Assembly: GCF_028368995.1 (NCBI RefSeq)
Contig: NZ_JAQNDL010000002.1
Span: 896,001-960,000, forward strand
Length of the DNA: 64,000 nucleotides
Source: Nannocystis bainbridge
Lineage (GTDB): Bacteria; Myxococcota_A; Polyangia; Nannocystales; Nannocystaceae
Direction of reading: 5' to 3'
The first letter of the stretch is position 1. Every line of letters starts with the position of its first letter. Positions 1-9,705 of this stretch are shown here, piece after piece. The translations under genes and the position numbers were made by a program. The notes under the pieces were generated by a model. The model was not told the DNA's origin. It saw only the letters and a list, made by a program, of their open reading frames with translations, and did not search any database.

Positions 1-4
1 GACC

Positions 5-1621
5 GTGCCGTCGACCACGCCGGGGATCCTGACCGAGCCCGGGACCTCCTCCGGCAGCACCACGAGCCCGACCACCGGCGACAGCGAGTCAGCGGGATCG
101 ACCACCGAGGACGTGACGCCGACCGGCACCGGCGGGCTCAAGTTCGACCTCGGCGCCGGCGATCTCGGCGAGACCGGCGGCGGCCCGCCGGTGAACGTGT
201 GCAAGGTGCAGGACGACATGGACGCGATCGGCGACTGCGAGATGGAGGCGCCGCCCGACAGCTTCGCGCCGGCGCTGCAGTGGTCGTTCGGCGAGAACCT
301 GCAGTCGATGGTGACGCCGCTGGTCGGCAATTTCACCGACGACAACGCCGACGGCGCGATCGATCTTTGCGACGTCCCGGACGTGTTGCTCGTCGCCGGG
401 CCGACGATCGGCTACGGCCAGATCTGCGAGCTGTTCGTGCTCGACGGCGCGACCGGGGCCCAGCACTTCGCCATCCCGACGAGCGAGAGCCTGTCGTGCT
501 TCGCCACGCCGGCGTTCGCCGACATCGACAACGACGGCCTGCCCGAGATCGTGGCGATCTGGAACAGCGGCGGGGTCTACCGCCTCAAGGCGTTCGAGCA
601 CGACGGCACGCTCAAGTGGGCCAACACGATCGACGGCGGCCAGGCCGAGCAGTTCTACCGCGAGACCGGGGCGGTGGCGATCCACGACCTCGACGCCGAC
701 GGCGACGCCGAGATCATCTTCAACCACGAGGTCTACGACCACAACGGCGTGCTGCTGTGGGCCCAGACCAACCCGCAGCCGGGCGAGCTCGAGGCGAGCG
801 TGGGCGTCGACCTCGACGGCGACGGCAAGATGGAGGTCGTCACCGGCCACGCGGCCTACCGTCACGACGGCACGGTGTACTGGGACAACTACCCGCAGGT
901 GACGGCGCAGTCGATCCCGCAGATCGCCAACCTCGACGACGACCCGTTCCCCGAGGTGTTCATCACCTCGGGCCAGGGGCTGTGGATGCTCGAGCACGAC
1001 GGCACGGTGAAGTGGGGCCCGGCGACGCCGACGGGGGTGCAGCCCTCGGGCTACTTGACGTGGATGCGGCCCGGCACGGTGCACGACTTCGACGGCGACA
1101 GTCTCCCTGAGTACGCGTCGTCGTCGAGCCAATACTACGCGGTCTACGAGGGCAACCCGGCGACGGTGCTGTGGCAGTCGCAGGTGTTCGACAGCTCGGG
1201 CGCCGCCGGCGGCACCGCGTTCGATTTCCTCGGCGACGGCGTGGCCGAGGCGATGTACGCCGACGAGCAGAACTTCCGCATCTACGACGGGGTCACCGGC
1301 GCGGTGGTGCTGACGCAGGCGCGCGTCAGCTACACGCTGAGCGAGTACCCGATCGTGGCCGACGTCGACAACGACGGTTCGGCCGAGATCTTGGTGGTGT
1401 CGCTGTCGGGCCAGCCGGCCCTGCAGGTGCTGCGCGACGCCGAGGACCGGTGGATCCAGGCGCGACGGATCTGGAACCAGCACGCCTACTACGTCACCAA
1501 CGTGCGCGAAGACAGCACCCTGCCGACCACGCCGGTCGACAACTGGAAGCTGTTCAACACCTATCGGACCAACGCCCAGATCGAGGGCGGCGGGCTGTGC
1601 AATCCCAACCCGCCGGGCTGA
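5..1621 (+). CDS. FG-GAP/VCBS-repeat (beta-propeller) surface protein, probably 5'-truncated by the window
   Basis: Thr-rich N-terminal stalk, repeated DxDxDGxxE motifs (DIDNDGLPEI, DLDADGDAEI, DLDGDGKMEV, DFLGDG), and the C-terminal WNQHAYYVTNV motif of myxobacterial FG-GAP lipoproteins. Confidence 0.8.
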   Translation: MPSTTPGILTEPGTSSGSTTSPTTGDSESAGSTTEDVTPTGTGGLKFDLGAGDLGETGGGPPVNVCKVQDDMDAIGDCEMEAPPDSFAPALQWSFGENLQSMVTPLVGNFTDDNADGAIDLCDVPDVLLVAGPTIGYGQICELFVLDGATGAQHFAIPTSESLSCFATPAFADIDNDGLPEIVAIWNSGGVYRLKAFEHDGTLKWANTIDGGQAEQFYRETGAVAIHDLDADGDAEIIFNHEVYDHNGVLLWAQTNPQPGELEASVGVDLDGDGKMEVVTGHAAYRHDGTVYWDNYPQVTAQSIPQIANLDDDPFPEVFITSGQGLWMLEHDGTVKWGPATPTGVQPSGYLTWMRPGTVHDFDGDSLPEYASSSSQYYAVYEGNPATVLWQSQVFDSSGAAGGTAFDFLGDGVAEAMYADEQNFRIYDGVTGAVVLTQARVSYTLSEYPIVADVDNDGSAEILVVSLSGQPALQVLRDAEDRWIQARRIWNQHAYYVTNVREDSTLPTTPVDNWKLFNTYRTNAQIEGGGLCNPNPPG

Positions 1622-1627
1622 TCGGGG

Positions 1628-1669
1628 TGGCCTTCGGGACATGTCTGAAGAGTCATGTCCCGTGGTCCC
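1628..1669. repeat. 14-bp periodic array (TGTCY-N4-RGACA family)
   Basis: CATG at 1640 and 1654; units tggccttcgggaca / tgtctgaagagtca / tgtcccgtggtccc. Confidence 0.75.
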
Positions 1670-1725
1670 GACGGTGCGCGCGGAGGAGACGGAGCGCTTG
1701 CTGGACGCCACGAGGCGTGACAAAA

Positions 1726-2781
1726 ATGGAGCTCTGCGAGCGGGTTTTCGTCCTTATGAAGGACGCCCTCAGGCTCCTCGATATCCATGGTGTCGCCGCT
1801 GTTCTCTTCGTCGCGAACGTGCTCCTCGCGGCGTGCTATCGTCCCTGCGACGAATGGGTCTCAACTCCGCTCGACGGGCGTATCCGCAAAGCGGAAGGTA
1901 TCGTAGCGATTGGTGCCGACGGCAGTGTGTTCGGGAGGCGCCGCGTTCAGGGCTTTCCGCCGACCGAGTTCACTGAGCTCTTGTTCTCAGCTCCTGAGCC
2001 GCTGTTGGCGCTCCACACTCCAGCCTTCGAGGGTTTATACGACCTGGAGGCGAGATATGCGGTCGTCGGAGAGCGCGGAACGATAGCGATTTCCAAAGGG
2101 AATGGCGTGGAGTGGGACCTCGTGCCAGCGCCGACGACCGAGGACCTCTACGGGGTTCGATTTTTTTGCGGACAGCCCGATCGCGGGCTCGTCAGCGGCG
2201 CAGCAGGCGTGATCCTCTCCACGGAGGCGGGCGGGGCGGCATGGGAGCTTCGTCCTTCTGGCACGTCGCAGGCGCTCCGCGCCGTCACGGTGCTTCGAGA
2301 CGGCGTCGCGGTCGCAGTCGGCGACGCCGGCACCATCATCCGCTCCGAAGATTATGGAGCGACCTGGTCGCCAGTCGCTTCCGGCACCGCCAAAGACCTG
2401 GCCTCGGTGGATTTCGGCGACTGCTGGGACCACTCGACTGTCGGGGACGAGCTGGGCATCGCGGTCGGGGCTGACGGGGTCGTTCTGGTGTCCGAGAATC
2501 GGGGAGAGACCTGGAAGCAGGCGTCACTGCCGATCCAGCACGATCTCAGGCAAGCGCAGCTCAACTACCGGTCCCCCAGCGCGCCAGAGCCTTACGCGGC
2601 GCTGGTCGGCGACGACGAGATCGTGTTCTGGGAGTTCGGCACGGATGCGCCGTTCGATCGGCTCACGTTCCCGACCCAAGTTTATGCGCTCGAGGACCGC
2701 GATTCGCCCCAGTATGCTATCGGGGACGCGCAGATATTCTCGCGCAAACGGGACGAGTGGTGTCCGGGCCGGTTCGATTGA
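1726..2781 (+). CDS. YCF48/BNR-like beta-propeller putative lipoprotein
   Basis: Lipobox-like LLAAC; repeats AVGDAGTIIRSEDYGATW, VGADGVVLVSENRGETW, SGAAGVILSTEAGGAAW; codon usage less GC-biased than neighbours; start uncertain. Confidence 0.7.
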   Translation: MELCERVFVLMKDALRLLDIHGVAAVLFVANVLLAACYRPCDEWVSTPLDGRIRKAEGIVAIGADGSVFGRRRVQGFPPTEFTELLFSAPEPLLALHTPAFEGLYDLEARYAVVGERGTIAISKGNGVEWDLVPAPTTEDLYGVRFFCGQPDRGLVSGAAGVILSTEAGGAAWELRPSGTSQALRAVTVLRDGVAVAVGDAGTIIRSEDYGATWSPVASGTAKDLASVDFGDCWDHSTVGDELGIAVGADGVVLVSENRGETWKQASLPIQHDLRQAQLNYRSPSAPEPYAALVGDDEIVFWEFGTDAPFDRLTFPTQVYALEDRDSPQYAIGDAQIFSRKRDEWCPGRFD

Positions 2782-2811
2782 GTTCTCGACTCGACCGCTG
2801 CGCCGATCGTG

Positions 2812-2853
2812 TGGCCTTGGGGACATGTCGAAATGGGCATGTCCCGCGGTCCT
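2812..2853. repeat. 14-bp periodic array
   Basis: CATG at 2824 and 2838; a further single unit tgtccgcgaggaca at 2911-2924. Confidence 0.75.
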
Positions 2854-2938
2854 GATGGTCCGTCGGCGGGCGATCGATCGAGGTGCTGGCGCTCGCGGCC
2901 GACATTGACCTGTCCGCGAGGACAGGCCCGCGCCTGGA

Positions 2939-3889
2939 TCACGGCTTCAGCCGCGGCTGGGTGCGGGTGTGACGGTCGGGGTGCGGGTTGCCGGCCTCGT
3001 CCTGCCACGGGAACACGCGCAGCGACGGATCGCTGTCGGGGTCCCACGCGACCAGGCCGAGGCCCTCGATGTCGCGCGGGACCATGTCCCAGTCGTAGCG
3101 GAACATCGGGTTGTGAGCGTTGCCGAGGCGATCGAAGATGCGCACCTCGAATGACAGGCGGCACCACGTGCGGTACGTGTCGACCTCGGCCGCGGCGCCG
3201 CGGTGCACGGTGTACGCGTCCATCAGCGTCAGCTCCCACGGCGCGGCGTACCAGGCGTGGGCGCTCTGCGTCCGGGCGACCTGGTTGTTCATCTCGAAGA
3301 AGAAGTTATGGCGCGCCTCGTCGAGGCCGGTGAATTCGAACGGCTGGACGTAGTAGGCCGTCGGCAGGCAATCGGTCACGGTGTACGTGTGGTTGATGCG
3401 GACCTTGGGCTGCCAGCGGGCGCCCTGGAAGCCGTCGACGTGGCAGGGCGCCTCGCGCTGCAGCACGCCGCCGCGCACGGGGCCCTGGTCGACGGTGAGG
3501 TAGCAGTAGAACTCGTCGTAGTGGCACGGGTTGACGGCGAGCTCGAGGTCGGCGACGCGCTGGACCAGCCAGCGCAGCTGCGCCAGCTCGGCGGGCAGGC
3601 GGAAGTCCGAGCCGGGGAACTTGATCGGCATGTCGAGGGTGCGCGGCATGCCGGGGCGCACCAGCGCGGCGCGCTCGGCCTCGGGGACCTGGCCGAGCTC
3701 GACGGGGCGGCGCGCGACCTTGAATTGCTCGAGATCCCAGATCGTGCCGATCTGGGCGAGGATCGGCGAGTCGGCCGGGAGCGCGGGCAGGATGGCCTTT
3801 GGGTCAGGTTCGATCCGCACGCCGCTGCTGGCGAGGCCGGGGACCGTGTAGTGCTTGCCGCGGTAGCCGAGCTGGTGGACGTCCGTCAC
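2939..3889 (-). CDS. Hypothetical protein, possible Fe(II)/2-oxoglutarate dioxygenase-like fold
   Basis: GTG at 3889 overlaps the upstream TGA, with a GGAGG RBS; HVDG...HRG...R pattern resembles the HxD...H facial triad. Confidence 0.55.
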   Translation of the reverse strand: MTDVHQLGYRGKHYTVPGLASSGVRIEPDPKAILPALPADSPILAQIGTIWDLEQFKVARRPVELGQVPEAERAALVRPGMPRTLDMPIKFPGSDFRLPAELAQLRWLVQRVADLELAVNPCHYDEFYCYLTVDQGPVRGGVLQREAPCHVDGFQGARWQPKVRINHTYTVTDCLPTAYYVQPFEFTGLDEARHNFFFEMNNQVARTQSAHAWYAAPWELTLMDAYTVHRGAAAEVDTYRTWCRLSFEVRIFDRLGNAHNPMFRYDWDMVPRDIEGLGLVAWDPDSDPSLRVFPWQDEAGNPHPDRHTRTQPRLKP

Positions 3890-4842
3890 GCCTCCGTCAT
3901 CTCGCACAGGCCGCGGACGTTGGCGAGGCCCTCGACGGCGTCGACCTCGGGCGCGCGGCCGTGCGCGACGGCGTCGACGAAGTCCTGGAGCTCGCCGAGG
4001 TAGGGGTCGGCTGGCTCATAGGACAGCTCGCGGTCGCCCACGACGATCCGGCCGCCGCCGTGCGGGCCGAGGACCTCGTCGCCGCGGGCCGAGCCGGCGT
4101 CGCCGAACACCTCGATCGTCCGCGGGGCGCGGAAGACGACCGAGGTGAGGATGTCGGCCGTGGCGCCGCTGGCGAACCGCAGCGCGACCGCGGCGGTCTC
4201 GTCGTGGGGGCTGCGGTGGACCGGGCTGCTGGTGAGCGCGCGGGCGTGCTCGATCTCGCCGCACGCGGGGCGCAGGAACCAGCGCACGAGATCGAGGCAG
4301 TGGGTGCCGACGGCCGCGAGCGACCACCAGCGGCCGACCTCGGGCGAGGCGCGCCAGTTGCCGGCGTCGCGCTCGACGAAGGTCCAGGTCGCGCGCATGT
4401 GCAGCACGCGGCCGAGCTCGCCGGCGAGCACGCGCGCGCGCAGGGCCCGGAGGCCGGGGTGAAACCGCAGGTGATAGCCGACGGCGAGGCGGACCCCGGC
4501 GGCCTCGCACGCGCGCACGACGGCCTCGGCGTCGGCGACGGAGGTGGCCATCGGCTTCTCGACGAACACGTGCTTGCCTGCCGCGGCGGCGGCGATCGCC
4601 TGGGCCGCGTGCAAGCGGTCGGGGGTGGCGATCACGACGGCGTCGAGGCGCGGGTCGGCGAGCATGTCGGCGAGGTCGCCGAAGATCGGACCGCGCGCGC
4701 CGTGGCGGGCGGCGAAGATTCGTGCGCGCTCCGGGTCGCGCGAGCACACGCTCCACAGCGTCGCGCCGCGGAGCTGCTGCAGGGCCGGCGCGAGGCGGCG
4801 ATCGGCGATCGATCCGGGGCCGACGACTCCGATGTGCAGCAC
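3886..4842 (-). CDS. Gfo/Idh/MocA family oxidoreductase
   Basis: IGVVGPGSIA Rossmann motif, DAVVIATPDRLH, GKHVFVEKPMA, GTHCLD; start approximate. Confidence 0.9.
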   Translation of the reverse strand: MLHIGVVGPGSIADRRLAPALQQLRGATLWSVCSRDPERARIFAARHGARGPIFGDLADMLADPRLDAVVIATPDRLHAAQAIAAAAAGKHVFVEKPMATSVADAEAVVRACEAAGVRLAVGYHLRFHPGLRALRARVLAGELGRVLHMRATWTFVERDAGNWRASPEVGRWWSLAAVGTHCLDLVRWFLRPACGEIEHARALTSSPVHRSPHDETAAVALRFASGATADILTSVVFRAPRTIEVFGDAGSARGDEVLGPHGGGRIVVGDRELSYEPADPYLGELQDFVDAVAHGRAPEVDAVEGLANVRGLCEMTEA

Positions 4843-4906
4843 GGCCCACGCTACCACGCGGACCTCGAACGGCCGCGCGGGCCGGACCTGCGAACGCGAG
4901 CGCGCT

Positions 4907-4946
4907 TTTACATGTTCGATAGGACATGTCTGTAGAGACATGACCT
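4907..4946. repeat. 14-bp periodic array
   Basis: CATG at 4911, 4925, 4939 in a divergent intergenic region. Confidence 0.85.
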
Positions 4947-5099
4947 TGAATTGCGGAGACGGGGCCGGGGGGCGGCGCCGCGGCGCTCTGCGGTGATCTC
5001 CGCCGGCCGCGCCGATGCGATCATTCCCACGCGTGGGCGCCAGGAGGCGTTTGCGAGCGGTTCACGGGCCTGGGCGGGGCTCGCGCGACTAGGCACTTC

Positions 5100-6557
5100 G
5101 TGACGCTTCCGTCACGATTCCGCCACCCAACCGTGATGTCGTCGTTCGCCGCCCTCGCGCTCACCTTGCCGCTGATGCAGGCGGCGCCGACGTCCCGGCT
5201 GCTCGTCGACGCGCCCGAGGCCGTGCCGACACCCGAGCGGTCGACGGTCGACGCCGCGCCGGTCGCGGGCGCGCCGGCATCGGTCGCCTCCGAGCCGACG
5301 CACAAGGGGGCCGACGAGGCGGCGCCGGGGCCCGAGGGACCGGCGGCGATCGAGGCCGAGCCGGAGCAGCTCGATCGCAAGGCGACGGCGAAGGTCGAGA
5401 AGTTCAAGTACAAGCCGGGCCGCGGGTTCGAGTTCGCGACGAAGGACGGCAACTACGCGCTGACGATCCGGGCCCGCTTGCAGGTCCGCTACGACCTCGA
5501 GCACCCGAACGTGCCGAACGAGCCGATCGACCACGTGCTGCAGATCCGGCGCGCGCGCGTGGTGTTCTCCGGCAACGTGTTCGGCAAGCACAACCGCTAT
5601 TACATTCAGTTCGGCTTCTCGCCGCGCGACATGCTCGGCGGGCTGCCCGACAACTCGCCGAGCATCCGCTACAACCCGGTCCGCGACGCCCGCATGGAGT
5701 TCACGTACCTGCGCGACGCGACGGTCTGGCTCGGCCAGATGAAGGTCCCGTTCAGCCGCCAGCGCGTGATCTCGTCGGGCAACCAGCAGTTCGTCGATCG
5801 CTCGAGCGTGAACGAGGAGTTCAACCTCGACCGCGACCTCGGCCTGGTGCTGCGCTCGGACGACATCGGCGGGCTCGGCCGCCTCAAGTACGCGCTTGGC
5901 GTGTTCATGGGCGACGGCCGCAACCTCTACGAGCTGACCAACAGCGGCGCGCTGTACGTCGGCCGGCTGACGGTGATGCCGCTCGGCAAGTTCGAGGACG
6001 AGTCGGAGGCCGACCTCGAGCGGCTCAAGAAGCCGGGGCTGTCGCTGGCCGGGGCGTACGCGTACCACGACGACGCGCCCGGCGAGCGCGGGGTCCACGG
6101 GGCCCGGCCCGCCGACGGCGGCACGACCGACATCCACCACGCGACCGCCGACCTGATGTTCAAGTGGCGCGGGCTTTCGATCGAGTCGGCGTTCCACTAC
6201 CGCAAGGCCCGCCGGCGCAACCCCGGCGGCGCGGTCGACGAGATGGGCATGCCGGTGCCGGTGGCGCTGGCGCGCGACGGGATCGGGTGGTTCGGCCAGG
6301 TCGGCTACCTGATCCCGCCGGTCGACGTCGAGTTCGTGACCCGCTACAGCTTCGTCCGCAACATCTTCGGCGACAAGAGCTCGATGATCGACCGCGACGA
6401 GCTCGGCGGCGGCGTCAACTACTACATCGCCGAGCACAACTTCAAGATCGCGTTCGACTACTTCCGCGTGTGGGACGGGCTGCTCGGGCCGACGCCGCGC
6501 GAGGCGCTGGCCCACGGGATCGACCGGTTCCGCGTGCAGATCCAGCTGGCGTTCTGA
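5100..6557 (+). CDS. Outer-membrane porin (OprO/OprP-like)
   Basis: Signal peptide, IRRARVVFSG and GQMKVPFSRQRVISSG motifs, amphipathic beta strands, C-terminal Phe; start may be 5136. Confidence 0.8.
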   Translation: MTLPSRFRHPTVMSSFAALALTLPLMQAAPTSRLLVDAPEAVPTPERSTVDAAPVAGAPASVASEPTHKGADEAAPGPEGPAAIEAEPEQLDRKATAKVEKFKYKPGRGFEFATKDGNYALTIRARLQVRYDLEHPNVPNEPIDHVLQIRRARVVFSGNVFGKHNRYYIQFGFSPRDMLGGLPDNSPSIRYNPVRDARMEFTYLRDATVWLGQMKVPFSRQRVISSGNQQFVDRSSVNEEFNLDRDLGLVLRSDDIGGLGRLKYALGVFMGDGRNLYELTNSGALYVGRLTVMPLGKFEDESEADLERLKKPGLSLAGAYAYHDDAPGERGVHGARPADGGTTDIHHATADLMFKWRGLSIESAFHYRKARRRNPGGAVDEMGMPVPVALARDGIGWFGQVGYLIPPVDVEFVTRYSFVRNIFGDKSSMIDRDELGGGVNYYIAEHNFKIAFDYFRVWDGLLGPTPREALAHGIDRFRVQIQLAF

Positions 6558-6600
6558 GGCGTTCGGGACATGTCGTCGAGGACATGTCCCGAAGGACCTG
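6557..6600. repeat. 14-bp periodic array between convergent genes
   Basis: CATG at 6569 and 6583, CCTG at 6597. Confidence 0.85.
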
Positions 6601-6603
6601 CGA

Positions 6604-7317
6604 TCACTGCTTGCAGTAGTCGTTCTGGTGGACGACGCCGTCGATGACGATCTCGGTGCCGGCGCGGATGACGAACTCGCTGAGGCCGACCTCGGAGTCG
6701 GCGTCGGCGTCCCAGTCGTAGGTGTAGCCGAGCTGCGTCCACGGGTAGCCGGGGTCGTCGCCGTAGGAGGCGGCCCGCAGGTCCTCGATCCAGGTCTTGT
6801 GGGCCGGATCGACGTCGGCGCGGAAGTCGAGCTGGGCGACCGAGTCGTCGATCTCGGGATCGGGGCTGGGCCGGAACATGCCGTCCAGCGGCACCCACAT
6901 GGTCACGAGGCGGTCCTTGCCGTTGTCGGCCGGGAGGCCCATGAGCTGCTCGAGGCGGGCCGAGAGGTCGGCGCCCTGCAGGCCGGTGGCGGTGCAGAAC
7001 TCCTTGAGCGAGGGGATCGGGGTGACCCACACCTCGACGCCGAGCGGCATGCTGGCGCCGTCCATGCCGTCGTAGCCGGACCACGAGGTCCAGGTGACCA
7101 TGAGGACGCGCCCCTGGTCGTCGAACATCAGGTCGGGGTTGTCGGGGGTGATGGCGACGAGGTCGTCGACGATCTCGTCGGCCTCGGGATCCGCGGCGTC
7201 TTCGACGGCGGCCCGATAGAGCTCGGCGGGCGTGGCCTCGGGCCCCGGCTCGGACTCGGTACAGGCGACCAGCGAGAGCGCGAACGTGAACGAAAGGACA
7301 GGGCGTAGCAGCGACAT
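6604..7317 (-). CDS. Hypothetical lipoprotein
   Basis: Lipobox LVAC; conserved-looking RLEQLMGLP, FRPSPDPEI, YPWTQLGYTYDW, GLSEFVI. Confidence 0.75.
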   Translation of the reverse strand: MSLLRPVLSFTFALSLVACTESEPGPEATPAELYRAAVEDAADPEADEIVDDLVAITPDNPDLMFDDQGRVLMVTWTSWSGYDGMDGASMPLGVEVWVTPIPSLKEFCTATGLQGADLSARLEQLMGLPADNGKDRLVTMWVPLDGMFRPSPDPEIDDSVAQLDFRADVDPAHKTWIEDLRAASYGDDPGYPWTQLGYTYDWDADADSEVGLSEFVIRAGTEIVIDGVVHQNDYCKQ

Positions 7318-7522
7318 GCGCGGAGGTTACACGCGCGACCGACGGCGGTTCAATCGCTGGCGCCCGCCGCAAACTCGCACGCGGGCGCCCGGGTGCGCCC
7401 AGTGGGCGCCCAGGAATCCGGGACGCGTCGCGCTGCCGAGCGCGAAGGGCGAACTGCAAGACGCGCGACGCGGCGGATGTCCGATGGGACAGGTCGTGGG
7501 CGACCGCGTCCCGGCGCGCGGA

Positions 7523-7942
7523 TCAGTGCTCGTGGCCGTGATCGTGGTCGTGGTCGTGATCGCAGCGACCTTCGGCGTGGGCCTTCTCGTGCTCTTCGAT
7601 CTGGCGGCGGATGTCGTCCATGTCCAGGCCCTGGATCTCGCCGACGAGCTCGTCGAGGGCCTTGGCGGGCAACATGCCGGCCTGGCGGAACAACAGGATG
7701 CCCTGGCGGAACACCATGACGGTGGGGATCGAGCGGATGTCGAAGGCGGAGGCCAGCTCTTGCTGGGCCTCGGTGTCGAGCTTGCCCCACACGACGCCCT
7801 GGTGGCGCTCGGAGGCGGCCTCGTAGACGGGGGCGAAGGCGCGGCACGGGCCGCACCAGCTGGCCCAGCAGTCGAGCACCACCGTGTCGTTGCCCTCGAC
7901 GGTGGCCTGGAAGTTGTCGCCGGTGATCTCGGTGGTGCTCAT
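7523..7942 (-). CDS. trxA: Thioredoxin with His-rich C-terminal tail
   Basis: WASWCGPC active site, IRSIPT motif, tail CDHDHDHDHGHEH. Confidence 0.9.
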   Translation of the reverse strand: MSTTEITGDNFQATVEGNDTVVLDCWASWCGPCRAFAPVYEAASERHQGVVWGKLDTEAQQELASAFDIRSIPTVMVFRQGILLFRQAGMLPAKALDELVGEIQGLDMDDIRRQIEEHEKAHAEGRCDHDHDHDHGHEH

Positions 7943-8038
7943 GTCATGTGCTCCTGGGCGCTTGCATAGCACCCGTCGTCGAAGGTCTGTCATGGTTCGG
8001 CGTGGCGCGCCGCCCGGGAACTCGCGCGCGCGGCCGCC

Positions 8039-8734
8039 TCAGCGGGAGAATTCGCCGAGGATGTCGGCGATGGGCCGGCCGGCGAAGCGCGCCCGGGCCT
8101 GGTCGCCGGTGGAGAACGAGCGGGAGAGCATGCGGTCGATGTAAAGGGTGCCGTCGAGGTGGTCGACCTCGTGTTGGAGGATCCGGGCGGGCCAGCCGCG
8201 CACCCGCAGGGTCTGCGGGTGACCGTGGCGGTCGAGCCCGGTGACCTCGACCTCGGCGTGGCGCTCGACCAGCGCGGTGTAGCCGTTGACGCTGAGGCAG
8301 CCCTCGAAGAAGGTCCGCGTGTCGGCGCCGATCGGCCGCAGTTCCGGGTTGATGACGACGTGCACCGGCAGCTCGACGCGCTCGCGCTCGCGCAGCTCGG
8401 CCGGCGTGAGGCGAGCCATGAGCTCGGGCCGATCTTCGAGCACGAGGATCCGCAGCGGGACGCCGATCTGCGGGGCGGCCAGGCCGACGCCCGGGGCGGC
8501 GCGCATGGTCTCGATCATGCGTTCGACGAGGTCCTGGATCTCCGGCGTGGCGATCCGCTCGGGCGCGAGCTCGGCCGCGCGGCCGCGCAGCACCGGGTGG
8601 CCGGCCTGGACGATGTCAGGGTGCGGACCGGTGGGCGCGGGCGTGGACGGCGGCATGGGCTTGGCGACGGTGGGGGCGCAGGCGGCGCTGGTGAGGGCGA
8701 GGGCGAGGAGCCGCGCGAGCGGGCGAGAGAGCAT
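8039..8734 (-). CDS. def: Peptide deformylase
   Basis: All three PDF motifs: GVGLAAPQIG, EGCLSV, QHEVDHLDG. Confidence 0.95.
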   Translation of the reverse strand: MLSRPLARLLALALTSAACAPTVAKPMPPSTPAPTGPHPDIVQAGHPVLRGRAAELAPERIATPEIQDLVERMIETMRAAPGVGLAAPQIGVPLRILVLEDRPELMARLTPAELRERERVELPVHVVINPELRPIGADTRTFFEGCLSVNGYTALVERHAEVEVTGLDRHGHPQTLRVRGWPARILQHEVDHLDGTLYIDRMLSRSFSTGDQARARFAGRPIADILGEFSR

Positions 8735-8892
8735 GCGCGCTTCCGGCTAGCACGAATGACGGCGGGCCGGAAGCGACCGAGAGGGCGGTGCAAGGGCGAG
8801 GGGACCCGCCGGGGCGGACGGGAGTCCGGCGGCCGGTCGCTTCGCCGGGGCCGGGCTCGCAGGTGCGGGACGGAGCGCACGCGCCGTTCGAG

Positions 8893-8928
8893 CCTGGTTC
8901 TTCGGGCATGTCTTTCGGGACATGTGAA
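8893..8928. repeat. 14-bp periodic array
   Basis: CCTG 8893, CATG 8907 and 8921. Confidence 0.7.
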
Positions 8929-9052
8929 TGGTGTGTCGCGGCGGCGCGGCCAGGCGACGAACGGGCCGGTCGGCGGACGGCGACCGCCGGGCGCGCCCGC
9001 GGAGGGCACGATCCCGCATGAAGCCGGCGGTGAGATCGGGTAGATCGAGGGC

Positions 9053-9592
9053 ATGTCGAGGGTCTTCACCCGCGAGCGCTGCATCCCGTGGCTGTGCGCC
9101 CGCGTGCCGGTCGACGACGAGCCGCAGGAGGTCGCGCTGTCGGTCGACGAGCTGTGCGCCCGGATCCCGCGCCGGGCGGCCCGGGGCCTGCGATGGTCGG
9201 GGGCGCTCGGGCTGGTGGCCGCGGCGGTGGTGCTGCTGACGGCGGCGCGCCCGGCTCGCGCGGACAGCTCCGGGGCGCGCCCGTCGGCCCGGTCGGTGGC
9301 CGGCTATACGCTCGGGGGCCTCGGCCTCGGCGCGCTGGCAGCGAGCCGTCGCCTCCACCGCAGCTCGCCGGGCCTGGCGGTGCTGTGCGCCGGGCGCGAC
9401 GCCGACCTCGATCCGCGGTCGCTGGCGGCGCTGGTCAAGACGGCGCGGGCCCGCCTGTCCGAAACGGCATGGCCGGAAGGACATGTGTGGTTGATCTCCG
9501 AGCGGCCGCTGGCGGCCGACCGCAGGGCCCACGCGGCCGCGCTCCAGGTCCGCTGCTTCGTGGCGGTGAACGGCCGCATCACCGAAGTGTGA
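9053..9592 (+). CDS. Hypothetical membrane protein
   Basis: GC3-biased ORF with two hydrophobic segments; contains a 14-bp array (junctions 9454, 9468, 9482). Confidence 0.5.
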   Translation: MSRVFTRERCIPWLCARVPVDDEPQEVALSVDELCARIPRRAARGLRWSGALGLVAAAVVLLTAARPARADSSGARPSARSVAGYTLGGLGLGALAASRRLHRSSPGLAVLCAGRDADLDPRSLAALVKTARARLSETAWPEGHVWLISERPLAADRRAHAAALQVRCFVAVNGRITEV

Positions 9593-9705
9593 CGGTGGGC
9601 GCGCGTGCGCGGGACGCCTCGTGCGGCGCGCGCCGCACGTGTCTGCATGGAGAGCGCGCGGGCCCCGATTGGTGGCGCGCAGCCGTCGGCCGATACTCGC
9701 GGCCG

